Below are positions 24,321 to 37,262 of a stretch of 64,000 bases of DNA, piece by piece. The stretch lies in contig CM059432.1 in the NCBI GenBank assembly GCA_030390025.1, forward strand, positions 60,080,001 to 60,144,000, in the 5' to 3' direction. Under the pieces are notes generated by a model. That model had not been told where the DNA came from. It made no database searches and was given only the letters and a program-made list of their open reading frames with translations. Position 1 is the first letter of the stretch, and each line of letters starts with the position of its first letter. The stretch comes from Squalus acanthias. Taxonomy: Eukaryota. The position numbers were made by a program, and so were the translations under genes.

Positions 24321-26183
24321 ATGGCAGATCCATGCCCCAGGGAGAGAGCCCGCAGATTTTCAGACCAAGCATTGGAGGAGTTGGTGTCCGCTGTGGAGAG
24401 ACGGAGGGCAGTGCTGTACCCGACAAGTAGCAGGAGGCCCCTGCCGCAGGTCTTCCATGCTATGTGGACGGAGGTTGCCCATCAGGTCTCGGGCAACACT
24501 GTGGTCCCCAGGACCCATACACAGTGCAGGAAGAAATTTAACGACCTCACTTGGGTGGTCAGGGTGAGTCAATGCCTCAACAAATGCTACATACCACCGT
24601 CTGAACCACAGTCTGCACACACTGGCCAAAGCACCACAGCCCCAGCACTCACCCACCAACAATCTCTACCTAACAACATTCACACCCACATCTCACACCT
24701 TGCACACAATGACAGCTATTCAACTATAGCAGGCATATCACCCAAACACATTGCTCCACACTCACTCACACACTTTCTTTCTCTTGCAGGCCAAGGTGGC
24801 TCACAACAGGAGGGAGCAGGAGCACACAGACGGGGGACAAGCCGACACCCAACCACTGTCTGCGCTGGAAAGTCGAGTACTGGAGATTATTGGGCACCAG
24901 GTGATGGGTGCCGTGGCCACCGGTGACGTTGACCCCCTTGGGGACAACAACAGTATGTTCATCCCTACTCCTTCTCACATCCCACTTCCCCCTCACCCCA
25001 CAAGCCTTTCGCACTTTCCAGCTAATTATGCTGTATACATGTATTTCTCCCTTCCTGCCCCCCTCCCCTCACCTTAATCCATCTCTTGTGCCTTTATGCT
25101 TTCAGATAATGAGCAAGTACCAGAGCAGCCTGTCCCTGAGGGCACCGTTCAGAGTGATGCAGGAGAAGAGGAGGAGGAAGAACGCACTGCATGTCTCACC
25201 CATAGGCACCAGCTCAGATACTGGCACTATGCGTTCTTTAGAGGCTAGTATAGTAGTGGGATCTGCACAGGGTGATGCACCAGGAACGAGCGGGCTGCAG
25301 CAAGACCAGGGGGAAAGGGTAGTTTGGGGACCATCTCCCCAGAGGGCGAGTTCGCGCGTGAGTTCTGCTGCACAGGACTCAGATGAGGACCTTGATGGGG
25401 AGGCCTTTAGAAGAAGGGTGATGGGCATGCACACGGAGATGATAGGTGCAATGGCAAGGGTGCCAGAGAGCCTGTCGGAAATGGTAAGGAGCGTGGAGGA
25501 GTCCGCCTCCAACATTGCACAAGGCTCTGCGCACACCATGGAGCCCATCATTTCCAGTTTGGACCCAGATCTGATGCCACGTGTGATGGGCGATCTGGCA
25601 GCTTCCATTCCAGAACAGGCGGAAGCGACGCAGCATCTTAGTGCTGTAATGCAGTCTATGGTTGGTGCCATTCAATCTCAGACTGCTATCATGCAGTCTC
25701 AGCTTGATGCCACGCAAGCTCTGACTGCTGCCATCATGGCTGGGTCTACCACCGTCGACCGGGGCTTTCACGGTGTCACAGCAGGCCAGCAATCTGTGCT
25801 CCAACAGATTGCTAGGGATGCTGAGGTGCTGCCCCGGGGGAGTGGCAGTGGGTCAGTGGAGCAGGAATACAGCTGTTGTCTCTCACAATTACATTATTCC
25901 TGCTCCCACTGCTGCCACTCCACCATTGCCCTTGTCGTTGCCTGTCATCCAGCCAGCCCAGACTGCTGCTGCCCATGCTGAGGTGGTGCAGTCTACAGCC
26001 GGGCCTTCCAGACCCAGAGCTGGTCGAGGGCAGCCTGCAACGCCATCTGAAGTCTCCCGCACGGATACTCAGCAGCCTTCCACCAGCTGTGCTGCAGCCA
26101 CTGGGTCAACACTTCGTAGGAGCACTAGAGTAGGAAAAGGTACAGTAACGCGAGGCACCAAGGGATTGTACAAGGGTGAATAG
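24321..26183 (+). pseudogene. Myb/SANT-like partner gene of element C (exons 24321-24563, 24790-24952, 25106-26183)
   Basis: MADPCPRERARRFSDQALEEL...RTHTQCRKKFNDL; canonical GT-AG introns; exon 3 needs frameshifts near 25185 and 25868; ends LRRSTRVGKG...KGE*. Confidence 0.9.
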
Positions 26184-26347
26184 CTAATATTGTTGTTGTA
26201 AAGATGTGTTCACTGATTACTGATAAATTTATTAATTCACTTCGGATAATTTTGTACTGTCTTTCATTTCAGCTGTGCTCTGTGATATGGCCTGCGACAG
26301 GGATGGAATGATGGGGATATGGTGAGCAACGGAATCTGGGGTTGAAT

Positions 26348-27502
26348 TTACTGGAACCGCAGTCTGATGAGGTGGTCACGGACTGCCCTTCTGGAAGGCC
26401 GATTGAATGGCTACCTCCTCCCTCGCTCCTGTTCCTCCTCCTCCTTGTCTTTCTCGTCCTCCTCCTCCTCCTCGCCCTCTTCCTCCTCTTGAAGTGGTCC
26501 CGCAATCCCTGCTGGCAAGGGCTGGGCCCTCATGATGGCCAGATTGTGGAGCATGCAGCAGACCACCACGAAATGGGACACCCACTCCGGCAAGTCATGG
26601 AGGGCTCCTCCCGTGTGGTCAAGGCAGTGGAACCATTGCTTGAGCACTCCGATGGTCTGCTCAATGATGTTCCTGGTGGCAGCATGGCTCTCATTATATG
26701 AGTGCTGGGCAGGAGTGTTGGGGTTGCAGAGGGGAGTCATGAGCCAGGTGGAGAGCGGATAGCCCTTGTCTCTGACCAGCCAGCCGCGAGCTTGATGTGG
26801 TGGCTGGAAGAGTGCAGGATGAAGGCATCGTGGCTGCTGCCAGGATAGTGGGCATTGACATTGAGGATTTGCTGTCTATGGTCGCACACGAACAGCAAGT
26901 GAATGGTAGCCTTTGCAGTTATGGAAGATCTCAGGATTGTTATGCGGTGCCCGCAAAGCCACATGGGTGCAGTCAATGGCACCCTGCATCATGGGGAATC
27001 CCGCTATCCTGGCAAAGCCACATGCACATTCATCCTGCTTCTCTCTGGTGATGGGGAAGGAAATGTAGTCCCTTCTCCTACTGTAGAGAGCCTCTGTGAC
27101 CTCCCGGATGCAGCGATGGACGGCGAACTGCGCGATGTTACCTATATCTCCTGTCGCAGACTAGAAGGATCCGCTGGCGATGAAATTGAGGGCGATGGTG
27201 ACCTTAACTGCCACTGAGAGAGCCGTCCTCGTCCTGATCTGAGGCTCGAGGTCTGGATGCAGGAGGTGGCAGAGTTCTGTGAACACCTCCTTGGTGAAGT
27301 GGAGCCTTCTAATACACTGCTCCTGGCTTAATTGAAGATAGGAGAATTGCTGTCAGAAGATCCTCGGAGGGTAAGGCCTCCTGTTGAGAGCCCTGATGGC
27401 CCTCCTCCTCCCTCTGGCCACATGCTCCAAACTTTCTCGCTGCCTGCGCTCCCTCCGCAGTCGATCCTGGAGGGCGAAGTTGACTGCCAGCACAGCCCCC
27501 AT
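26348..27502 (-). pseudogene. HARBI1-like transposase of element C, frameshifted
   Basis: ATG at 27502; motifs [52 protein letters not shown] and an acidic tail, spread over several frames. Confidence 0.9.
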
Positions 27503-28169
27503 TAATGTAAGGAATATATTTTGTGAGAATAAATATAACTAACTTTTAGAAGCTGCAACACTCCGGAGTCTAAACAACCTTTGAATGACTGAATTCAACT
27601 CTTGAGCTATCTCAAACTGACAAGGAAGCACTGAAACACCACTAACCTGACAGCTGTGACTCATTACTAATGATCCCTTTAAGTAGTGCCCCTGGAGCCA
27701 GAATCCGCCTGCTTGAAGCCTCTCCCTTGTTGCTGTCGGGACCAGGCGCTAAGGCAGGGGGCGATAATCAATTTGGCAGATTGGGCACCCAGTGAGCGTG
27801 CAACACTCGCTATTGTCACGTTCTGCCTGGCACTGAAGTCCCCGGCGCTAACTCATAGCGGTGGCGCTACGGGGCGGCCGAATTTGGTATGCGGCACTGG
27901 ATTCGCCTTGCCACGGCGCTACTGCCTCATCGCCCCGTTAGTGCCCCTGCCAGGCATTAACTGGAGGCGCTAAGGTACCGAATTTCTCCCCCAAAATGTC
28001 TGATATGAGTCTGCAAGTTTCCATGCATTGACATTTCAATAACATGAATATCCAGTCAAACTTGACCTGATTAGTTTTTGATCAGGTGGTGACATCAACA
28101 GAGGCTGACCACCTCCCCAAAATTAATGGCTATCTCTGGACAGTACCTTGTATTTTATTTCTCTTGAAA

Positions 28170-28330
28170 TCAAGACAAAATAACTCTATGGAGCCAATAA
28201 TACAGGTATTGGCTGCCTGTATTATCAGATGGCGCCCTGAGACCAACAATGTGTCTGAGGTACTTCGTTCTTCAAAATGCAGTCGATCACTGTGTAGCAA
28301 GCTGGGAGACCATGCAAAAACTGTACACAA
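28170..28330 (-). pseudogene. Possible very old Harbinger transposase core relic
   Basis: GLPACYTVIDC followed by LLVSGRHLIIQAANTCIIGS resembles GFPMVQGTIDC...QLVCDHRQRILAVNARYPGS. Weak similarity. Confidence 0.3.
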
Positions 28331-29298
28331 GGTTCATTCAGGCCCAAAGCTTGGAGCGACACTCCAATGGCTGAGTGCCCATTAACAAGTGGTGCTTCAG
28401 AGGACCTCTCCATGATGTAGGGCTACTTTTGTTTTTTGCTTTCTGTTATTCACCAGCCAAATCCTGTGGTTATGATGAAAAAAGGTAGCAATAAACAGCA
28501 AGGCAGCAGTCCTTCCATTGCTCTTGACACCCAACATTCTGCCACCCAAGTCCCATGGGACTCCCAGCATGCCAGGTATTGGGAGCACCATCAAGTTATG
28601 TGAATAAGCTGGCTTTGAATTATGGCACAAGGTCATTTGAATGCAGGGAGATCTAGTACCTCTGTGCAGCTGGGGTAATATTACTGACCCCTATGTCTCA
28701 GCCATAGCCAACTAAAATCAATCTTAAATTAACGTTATTCTGTGTCCCTCTTCTCCCTGAGCCCTTGTAGAATGTTTTGTAGCCTTTGACCTGTAAAATT
28801 GTCTTTCTTCATTCAGCAAATTTGTTGAGTAAACAGCTGGTTGTGCCTTACTGATGTTATTTCAGGTGCTTATCTGCCTTCTCATTGCAGTTCACAGCTG
28901 ATTTAGAGAATGACTGCTGTTTTCTCTTCATTTGCTGGCCCATAGTGTGGGAAAGAAAGTCCATATGTTTGCACAACAGTGATATTGTGGGTAAATTAGC
29001 AGGAGTAAATTCACCTAGAAACTTTTAGTGACCACAGTTTATCCATGAATGGCACCCATATTCTAGACTTATACCTTCTCTCCTCTGCAATTGTTCTAGT
29101 AAATTTTAGATTATTTCTAATCTCTATTCGTTTTCCGAAAGTATACTGAGTGCCAGTTTGTCTTAAATGGTAGCATCTCGATCTCTGACTCAGAAGGTTC
29201 TGGGTTCAAGACACACTCCAGAACTTGAGCACATAATCTAAGCTGTGACTTGAATGTAGTACTGATAGTGGTGTATTGTTAAAGGTGATATTTTTCCA

Positions 29299-31876
29299 CT
29301 GCCCTAGACCTGAACTTGCAACTTTCTCTAGTTTCTCTCCTATCTCCCCTCATGTCCTCTCTGAGCTCATCTTGTCCATAAGACCCACCTCCTGCTCCCT
29401 CGACCCTATTCCCACCAAACTGCTGAACATCCAACTTCTCTTCCTGGCCCCCATGCTAGCTCATATTGTTAACGGTTCTCTCTCCTCAGGTACTGTCCCC
29501 CTCCCCATCAAATCTGCCACCATCACCCCTCTCCTCAAAAAATCCACCCTTGACCCTCTGTCCTTACAAACTAGCACCCCATCTCCAACCTCCCTTTCCT
29601 CTCCAAAGTCCTTGAACATGGTGTCACCTCCCAAATCTGTTCAACTCTTTCCCGGAACTCCTTTTTTGAATCCCTCCAATCAGGTTTCCGCTCCTGCCAC
29701 AGTACTGAAATGACCCTTATCAAAGTCACAATTCACATCCTATGTGACTGTAACCATGGTAAACTATCTTGCCTCGTCCTTCTCTACTTGTCTGCATCCT
29801 TTGACACAGCTGACCACACCATACTCCTCCAATGCCTCTCTCTGTTGTCCAGCTGGGTGGGACTGCACTGGTTCCATTCTTATCTATCCATTCATAGCCA
29901 GAGAATCACCTGCAATGGCTACTCTTCCGGCTCCTCTGGAGTCCCCCAAGTAGCTATCCCTGGCCCCCTCTGATTTCTCATCTGCATGCTGCTCCTCGGT
30001 GACATCATCCGAAAACAAAACATCAGGTTCCACATGTACGCTGCGACACCCAGCTCTACCTCACCACCACCTCTTATGATCCCTCTACTGTCTCTAAGTT
30101 ATGAACATACGAACAATGACAGACAGGTAAAGACCATTTGGTCCATCGAGCCTGTCCCACACAATTCTCTTGTGTATCACAATATATACACTCCACACCA
30201 CCTGAAACCATGTGATCTTAAGGGAGAGGCAAAAAAACAGATAAAAAAGCCCAGGACAATTTAGGGGAAAAAAATCTGGGAAATTCCTCTCCGACCCAAT
30301 CTCAAGGTGATCAAAACTTGTCCAGGAGATCACTCTGGCCCTGAATTCCCTGCAGTACCTACCTTCTGTAAGAGGTGATCTCCGCCCCAGCCAGAAACCG
30401 GTCCAGCTCTCGCTTGAAGGAATTCAGCGAGTCCACGTCCACCGCACGAGATGGCAGCCTGTTCCAGAGGCCCACTATTCTCTGGGAAAAGAGCCACCTC
30501 CTGACATCTAACCTAGATCTAGCCTTATACAACTTAAATTTGTGACCCCTGGTCCTCCATAACCTATTTAATTGAAATAAACTGTCAGCTGGAACACAAT
30601 CTATTCCCTTCATTATCTTATAAACCTCAATCAGATCCCCCCTAAGTCTATGCTTCTCTAAGGTATAGAGTCCCAACTCTTTTAGCCTATCTTGATAACT
30701 AAAATGCTTTAAACTGGGAATTAGTCTAGTGGCCCTCCTCTGCACCCTTTCCAAAGCCTCAATATCACCCACCATGTGAGGAGACCAAAACTGGACACAG
30801 TATTCCAAGTGCGCCCTGACTAAGGTCTTGTACAACGACAAAACAGTATGCCTCGTCTTATAATCAATTGTCTTATAGACACACCCTAACACTCTATTTG
30901 CTCTAGCTATCGCTACACAGCATTGCTCATGCACCTTTAAGGATGTATGCTCTAGAATGCCCAAATCTCTTTCTATCTCCACCATCTTTAATGCCAATTT
31001 TCAGACTGCTTGTCCAACATCCAGTACTGGATGAGCAGAAATTTCCTCCAACTAAATATTGGGAAGATCAAAGCCATTGTCTTGGGTCCCCCTAGCCACC
31101 GATCCATTCCTCTCCATGGCAACAGTCAACGGCTGAACCAGACTGTTCACAATCTTGGTGTCGTATTTGACTGTGAGATGAGGTTCCGATCACGTATTCA
31201 CGCCATCACCAAGACTGCCTACTTCCACCTCCGTAATATCGCCCGACTCCGCCCCCGCCTCAGCTCATTTGCTGTTGAAACCCTCATCCGTGTCTTTGTT
31301 ACCTCTAGACTTGACTATTGCAATGCTCTCCTGGCCGGCCGCCCATATTCAACTCTCCATAAACTTGAGCTCATCCAAAACTGTGCTGCGTGTAGCCTAA
31401 ATTGCACCAAGTCCCATTCCCGCATCACCCCTGTGCTCACTGACCTACATTGGCTCCTGGTCTGGCAATGCCTCGATTTTAAAATTTGTATTCAAATCCC
31501 TCCGTGGCCTCACCTCTCCCTATCTCTGTAACTTCTGCCAGCCCTACAACCATCCGCGATCTCTGTGCTGCTCCAATTCTGACCTCTTACGCATCCCTTA
31601 TTTTAATTGCTTCATCATTGGTGGCCGTGATTTCAGCTGCCTTGGCCCTAAACTCTGGAAATCCTCCCTAAACCTCTGCACCTCTCTACCTCTTTCTCCT
31701 CCTTTAAGACGCTCCTTAAAAGCTACTTCTTTGACTAAGCTCTTGATCATCTGTCCTAATCTCTCCTTATGTGGCTTGGTGTCAAATTTTATTTGATAAC
31801 GCTCCTGTGAAGTGCCTTGGGACGTTTTAGTACGTTAAAGACGCTATATAAATGCAAGTTGTTGTTGCTGTTGTTG
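29299..31876 (+). mobile_element. 5'-truncated L2 LINE inserted in the SINE
   Basis: CSLDPIPTKLL, SASFDTADHTILL, WMSRNFLQLN, FVTSRLDYCNALL; tail GCTATATAAATGCAAG(TTG)n; TTTCCA on both flanks. Confidence 0.92.
30100..30997 (-). mobile_element. 5'-truncated CR1 LINE nested in the L2
   Basis: Open 212-codon frame 30359-30997 with ERDLG, LVRAHLEYCVQFWSP and LRGDLIEVYK; 3' UTR extends to about 30100. Confidence 0.92.
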
Positions 31877-32029
31877 TTTCCATTGAGACTTTATACCAAG
31901 GCCTGTCTGCCTGTTCAAGTGGATATAAAAGATCCCATGCTAATATTTGAAGAAGAGAGGGGAGTTCTCTGTATCCTGATCAATATTTCTCGCTCAAGCA
32001 ATACCACCAAAAACATTATCTAGTCAATT

Positions 32030-33857
32030 CGACTCTTCCAACAACCTCCGCCACTTTAACAGTTTCTAGTTTCCTGACCCTAACTGTCTCCTTTTCACCA
32101 TGGATGTCCAATCCCTCTACACCTCTATCCCCCACCAGGACGGCCTGAGGGCGCTCCGCTTCTTCCTTGAACAGAGGCCCAGCCAGTCCCCATCCTCCAT
32201 CACCCTCCTCCACCTGGCTGAACTTGGTCTCACATTAAACAGCTTCTCCTTTGACGCCACTAACTTCCTCCAAATAAAAAGGTGTTGCTATGGGAACCTG
32301 CATGGGTCCTAGCTATGCCTGTCTTTTCGTGGGATATGTGGAACATTTTTTGTTCCAGTCTTACTCAGGTCCTCTCCCTCATTTCTTTTTCCAGTACATT
32401 GATGACTGTATCGGTGCCGTTTCCTGCTCTCACCCTGAACTAGAAAATTTCATTCACTTTGCTTCCAATTTCCAACCTTCCTTAACCTTCACATGGTCCA
32501 TCTCCGACTGTTCCCTTCCCTTCCTCGACTTCTCTGTCTCTATTTCTGAGGATAGGCTATCGACCAACATCCACTATAAGCCCACTGACTCTGACAGCTA
32601 TCTTGACTACACTTACTCCCACCCCGCTTCCTGTAAGGACTCTATTCCATTCTCCCAATTTCTCCATCTCCATCGCATCTGTTCTGACGATGCCACCTTC
32701 CATACTAGTGCTTCGATATGTCTTCCTTTTTCCTCAACCGAGGATTCCCCTCTACCGTGGTTGACACGGCCCTTGACTGTGTCCGTTCTATTTCCCGCAC
32801 TTCGGCTCTCACTCGTTCCCCTCCCCTCCCAGAACCATGATAGGGTTCCCCTTGTCCTCACCTTCCACCCCACGAGCCTCCTCATTCAACGGATCATCCT
32901 CCGCTATTTCCGCCACCTCCAGCAGTGATCCCACCACCAAACACATCTTCCCCTCCCCTCCGCTTTCAGCATTCCGAAGGGACCGTTCCCTCCGCGACAC
33001 CCTAGTCCACTCCTCAATCACCCCCGACACTTGCCCCCGTCTCACGGCACCTTCCCGTGCAAGCACAGGAGATGCAACACCTGACCTTTTACCTCCTCCC
33101 TTCCCAAAGTTCAGGGCCCTAAACGCTCCTTCCAGGTGAAACAGTGATTTACTTGTACTTCTTGCAATTTAGTATACTGTATTCGCTGCTCACAATGCAG
33201 TCTCCTCTACACTGGGGCGATCAAATGCAGACTGGGTGACCGCTTTGCAGGACACCTCCATTCAGTTCGCAAGTGTGACCCTGAGCTTCCGGTCGCCTGT
33301 CATTTTAATTCTCCGCTCCACTCCTACTCTGACCTCTCGGTCCTTGGCCTCCTACACTGTTCCAATGAAGCTCAACGTAAGCTCAAGGAACAGCACCTCA
33401 TCTTTCAATTAGGCACTTTACAACCTTCTGGACTCAACATTGAGTTCAACAATTTCAGATCATAACCTCTGCCCACATTTTTTCAGATGGCAGCTGTTGC
33501 TGATGATTCTGATATTCCCATTTACATCTCTTCGAGACCCATCTTTTGTTTCTATACTTGTCCCATTACCATCTCCTTTTGCCTTGTACCATCATACCTT
33601 TTGTCATTTAATCTCTCCTCTACTCCACCCTATCACAGACCATCCCTTTTGTTCTTTCCTCCCCTCCCCCCTTTACCTGCCTCTGCACTTGTTTAAATCC
33701 TATTTATCTCAAACATTTTCCAGTTCTGACGAAAGGTCATCGATTGAAACATTAACTCTGTTTCTCTCTCTGCAGGTGCTGCCTGAACAGCTGAGTATGT
33801 CCAGCATTTTCTGTTTTTATTTCAGATTTCCAGCATCTGCAGTATTTTACTTTGGTG
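32030..33857 (+). mobile_element. 5'-truncated Penelope-like retroelement (RT plus GIY-YIG endonuclease), frameshifted
   Basis: MDVQSLYTSIP, AMGTCMGPSYACLF, QYIDD, HYKPTD; LVYCIRCSQC.LLY.G GIY-YIG-type motif at about 33170. 14-bp duplication TTATCTAGTCAATT at 32016-32029 and 33858-33871. Confidence 0.92.
33722..33757 (+). ncRNA. Degenerate minimal type I hammerhead ribozyme motif at the Penelope 3' end
   Basis: AGTT-CTGACGA-AAGGTCATCGATT-GAAAC-ATT-AACT. Core boxes CUGANGA and GAAA are present and AGTT/AACT can form stem I; stems II and III carry mismatches. Confidence 0.6.
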
Positions 33858-34009
33858 TTATCTAGTCAATTGTTCATTTGCTGTTTGTGGAACATTGCTG
33901 TGTGCAAGTTGGCTACCACGTTTGCCTGTATTACCACTGTGACTGAACTTCAAAATAATCTGTTGGTTGGAAAGCGCTTTGAAAGCCCTGAAGATGGAAA
34001 AAGGATGTC

Positions 34010-34573
34010 TGCCTAGCCTTGGAACTGAAATTATAAAAATTGAATGTTGCGGTCACCTTGAAGATCACTGCCAGTGTCATCCCTATTTGTGAGGTTGTGT
34101 ACAGGCCTTCCTGAAGCAGTTGGCACAGCTCTTGTAACTGCCTCCCTGCTAAAGATGACCAGGTAGCAGTGCCTCAGCCTATAGATGTGATGGGTGACAG
34201 AGAAGCAGATCTATTCAGTATATCTTTGGTCCCATCTGACATTTCTGGCAGCCGACTCCTTCTTCTCATCCTCCTCCACTAAGTTAGGTGCTTTGGAGAA
34301 CTGAAAGCAATCCCCTTCATAGCGGACATTTTATCAGCATAAACTCAGCTTACTGCAGTTTTTTCAGAATGCTGTCAGACGAGTACCTTCCTGCAATGCC
34401 TGTTTCATACAGGCAGTAAAATCACATTGCACGTGCGATGTGCCCAAGCTTGAATTTGGTGGGCTGACCCCTTGAGCAGAAATTATCCATAGCTCATTGA
34501 ACATAACAAGCCTAACACACAGCTTAGATGCAATAGTGCATGGTACCCTCAACCCTTACAGGAATTTTGGGCC
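34010..34573 (-). pseudogene. Old Harbinger relic (transposase N-terminal part and probable terminus)
   Basis: Minus translation FSREAV / ELCQLLQEGL...TLAVIFKVTATFNFY matches FSKEVVTELCHLLQPDL...LSVAVKVTVALNFY; TIR-like GAATTTTGGGCC near 34562-34573. Confidence 0.6.
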
Positions 34574-37114
34574 AGGCGGAAACTGAGTGGGAATTGTTCA
34601 ATTTGACGGACTCTCGGCATTGCTGGGCAGTATCAATACCAGTGTAATGTTTTACTCTGACAGTGATTTCTGGGCCATGGAGTCAAATCCTCATTATATA
34701 CTTCAGTGGTTTGTCAGGAAATGACACATATTTACCCATTCCCCTAATCCATCTACATGCTCCTTCAGTCTTCCACGTTCTTCCTCACAGTTTGCCAACC
34801 CCAATAATTTGGTATTGTCATAAAATGTTGGTACTCCATCCATGCTCATGTCCAAATTACTTAAGTATGATGGATTTCAGAGCCACTCGGTTCATTATGG
34901 CTCAAAACCTTTGTGTACATATTAGGGCTATAAAATTCAACCTTTCTAATGTATGGATACTTTTACTATAGCATGTAAAAGCAGCTTCTGAACCTCATTG
35001 GGTAGAGCTCTCCAGTTGGAATGATGATGATGTGAGGGGAATTAAAGAGGGAAAGAAATAAAGAGGAATAAATATCTATTTTTACTACTGATTCATTTTT
35101 ATTTAAAAATAGATGTTTGATTCTTATTGGAGCAAGTAAAAGAGAATTTCAATTCTGAAAGGCATTAGACTGAAAGACAACTAGGCTGGTGCTCACGTTT
35201 AGGGTGGAAGGCAGGAAAGGATAGCCTGGAACTAGAAGCAGAAACTGTGACGTGAGCCTGGGGAATAATGTACTGTGAGCCTGATATTACTGCAGTGTGA
35301 TTTGGTTCAGTAGTCAAACTTTGCTTTTTATGTTGAGATTTTCAAAATACTGCTGCTTTGGTGAAGTTTCTGCATTTTGTTCTGCTAAAAGATGAAATGG
35401 TATAATACACACTTGTAGCAATATAACTGGCAATGTTTCACGAATTGTAAAAAATAAATCAACGGTTTTAAATCAATATCAAAACCAAAAACATAATTCA
35501 TTTAGTATTAGAGTAGTGATCTGGGTAAAGATAAGCAGAGTGGATCAGGAAGAGACAGAAAGATTAATAAAGGTAATAGGGCATTAGTGACTAAAGTGAC
35601 ATCAGGGAAAAATAGAAAAAAGTTAAAGCTAAAGGTACTATATCTGAATGCACGAAGCATTCGCAACAAAATCGGTGAATTAATAGCACAGATAGAAATA
35701 AATGGGTTTGATTTAATAGCCATTACAGAGACGTAGTTGCAGAGTGACCAAGGTTGGGAACTAAATATTCCAGGATATTTGACTTTTAGAAGAGACAGGC
35801 AGAATGGAAAAGGAGGAAAGGTAGCCCTGATAATAAAGAAGGGAATAAAGACAGTAGAGAGAAAGGATCTTGGCTCAGAAAAACAAAATGTAGAATCAGT
35901 TTGGGTGGAGCTAAAAAAACAACAAGGGGCAGAAAAATCAGGAAATTAAAGATGCATGTAACAAGGGTAATACAATAATCATGGGGGACTTTAACTTTCA
36001 TATAGACTGGGCAAACCAAATTTGAAGAAATAGTGCAGAGGAAGAGTTCATGGAATGCATTCAAGATAGATTCCTAGATCAGTATGTCAAGGAACCCACG
36101 AGGGAATTGGCTATTTTAGATCTAGTACTGTGCAATGAGACAGGGTTAAATAATAACCTTGTAGTAAAGGAGCCTCTGGGGAGCAGTGATCATAATATGA
36201 TAGTTTGAGAGTGATTTAGTTAAGTCCGAAACTAGGGTCCTAAACCTGAACAAAGCAAACTACGTAGGTATGAGAGGCAAGTTGGCTAAGGTAGGTTGGG
36301 AAACTAGATTAAACTAGAAAAAGATATGACAGTAGAAAAGCAATGGCAAACATTTAAAGAAATAATTCATAATTCACAACAAATATACATTCCCTGAAGG
36401 AATAAAAACACCACAGGAAAAATGGTCCAACCGTGGCTAACAAGAGAAATTAAAGATAGTATTAGATTAACAGAAGAGGTTTATAATGTTGCCAAAAAGA
36501 ATAGTAAGCCTGAGGATTGGGAGGGTTTTAGAATTCAGCAAAGGAGGACCAAGAAATTGATAAAGAAAGGAAAATAGAATATGAGAGTAAACTAGCGAAG
36601 GAAATAAAAACAGACTGTAAAAGCTTCTATAAGTATGTAAAAAGGAAAAGATTAGCGAAAGTAAATGTGGGTCCCTTACAGGCTGAGACAGGAGAATTTA
36701 TAATGGGGAATAAGGAAGTGGCTGAGAAATTAAACAAGTACTTTGGGGAAAAATGCAGCTGGTTTGCGCCTCCCGTTAGCTGATGGGGTGCAAAGCAACT
36801 AGCGCCCGGGCGTGGTGATGTTTGCGCCGCTCGCGAAATTGACTAGAGTTTTTGCGGCAGCGCAAAAGTTTACTGCCCCGATCTCCTGCCACCGCAGATC
36901 ATGACATCAGTCGAGCGTGCAATGCCCTGGTGGCATCCCGGACCAGATATTGAGTGGTGCCCCTCTCCTTTCCGCCTGCCGCAAGCAACGACAGGGAGAC
37001 TGGAACATTTCCCAGTCGGTGAGGGGCTGGGGGTGGGGGGGGGGGGGGGGCTATTTAAAGGTGCCCTCTTCCTGTCTTTTTCTGTGGTAGACATTTTTGC
37101 ACCACTCATTCTGA

Positions 37115-37160
37115 CAGAGAGAGAGAGATTCTGAGAGAGAGAGAGAGAGAGAGGGAGAGA
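37115..37160. repeat. (GA)n microsatellite inside element D
   Basis: Two GA runs separated by TTCT. Confidence 0.85.
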
Positions 37161-37262
37161 CTTCTGCATAGAGTCAACGCTGTATGAAGTAGTTTTGGCT
37201 ACTGAGCATCACTTTGCAGGTACTTTTGGATTTGACCTTCATTACTTCGATTGTCAAGGGAC

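Larger units (their letters stand above)
23991..27992 (-). mobile_element. Full-length Harbinger element C
   Basis: TIRs GGGAGAGAAATTC / GAATTTCTCCCCC; Myb gene on +, transposase on -, convergent. Flanks TTA and AAA do not match. Confidence 0.9.
29150..34005 (+). mobile_element. Deu-domain tRNA SINE (SacSINE1-like) split into three pieces: about 29150-29298, 31877-32029 and 33858-34005
   Basis: The pieces are collinear with the uninterrupted copy at 43159-43580: tRNA-like head, AAAGATCCCATG...GAAGAAGAG core, TTGCTGTTTGTGG...AAAGCGCTTTG tail. Confidence 0.8.

Noticed and set aside
25102..25671. 189-aa minus-strand ORF
   Set aside because: Antisense shadow of the element C Myb exon 3.
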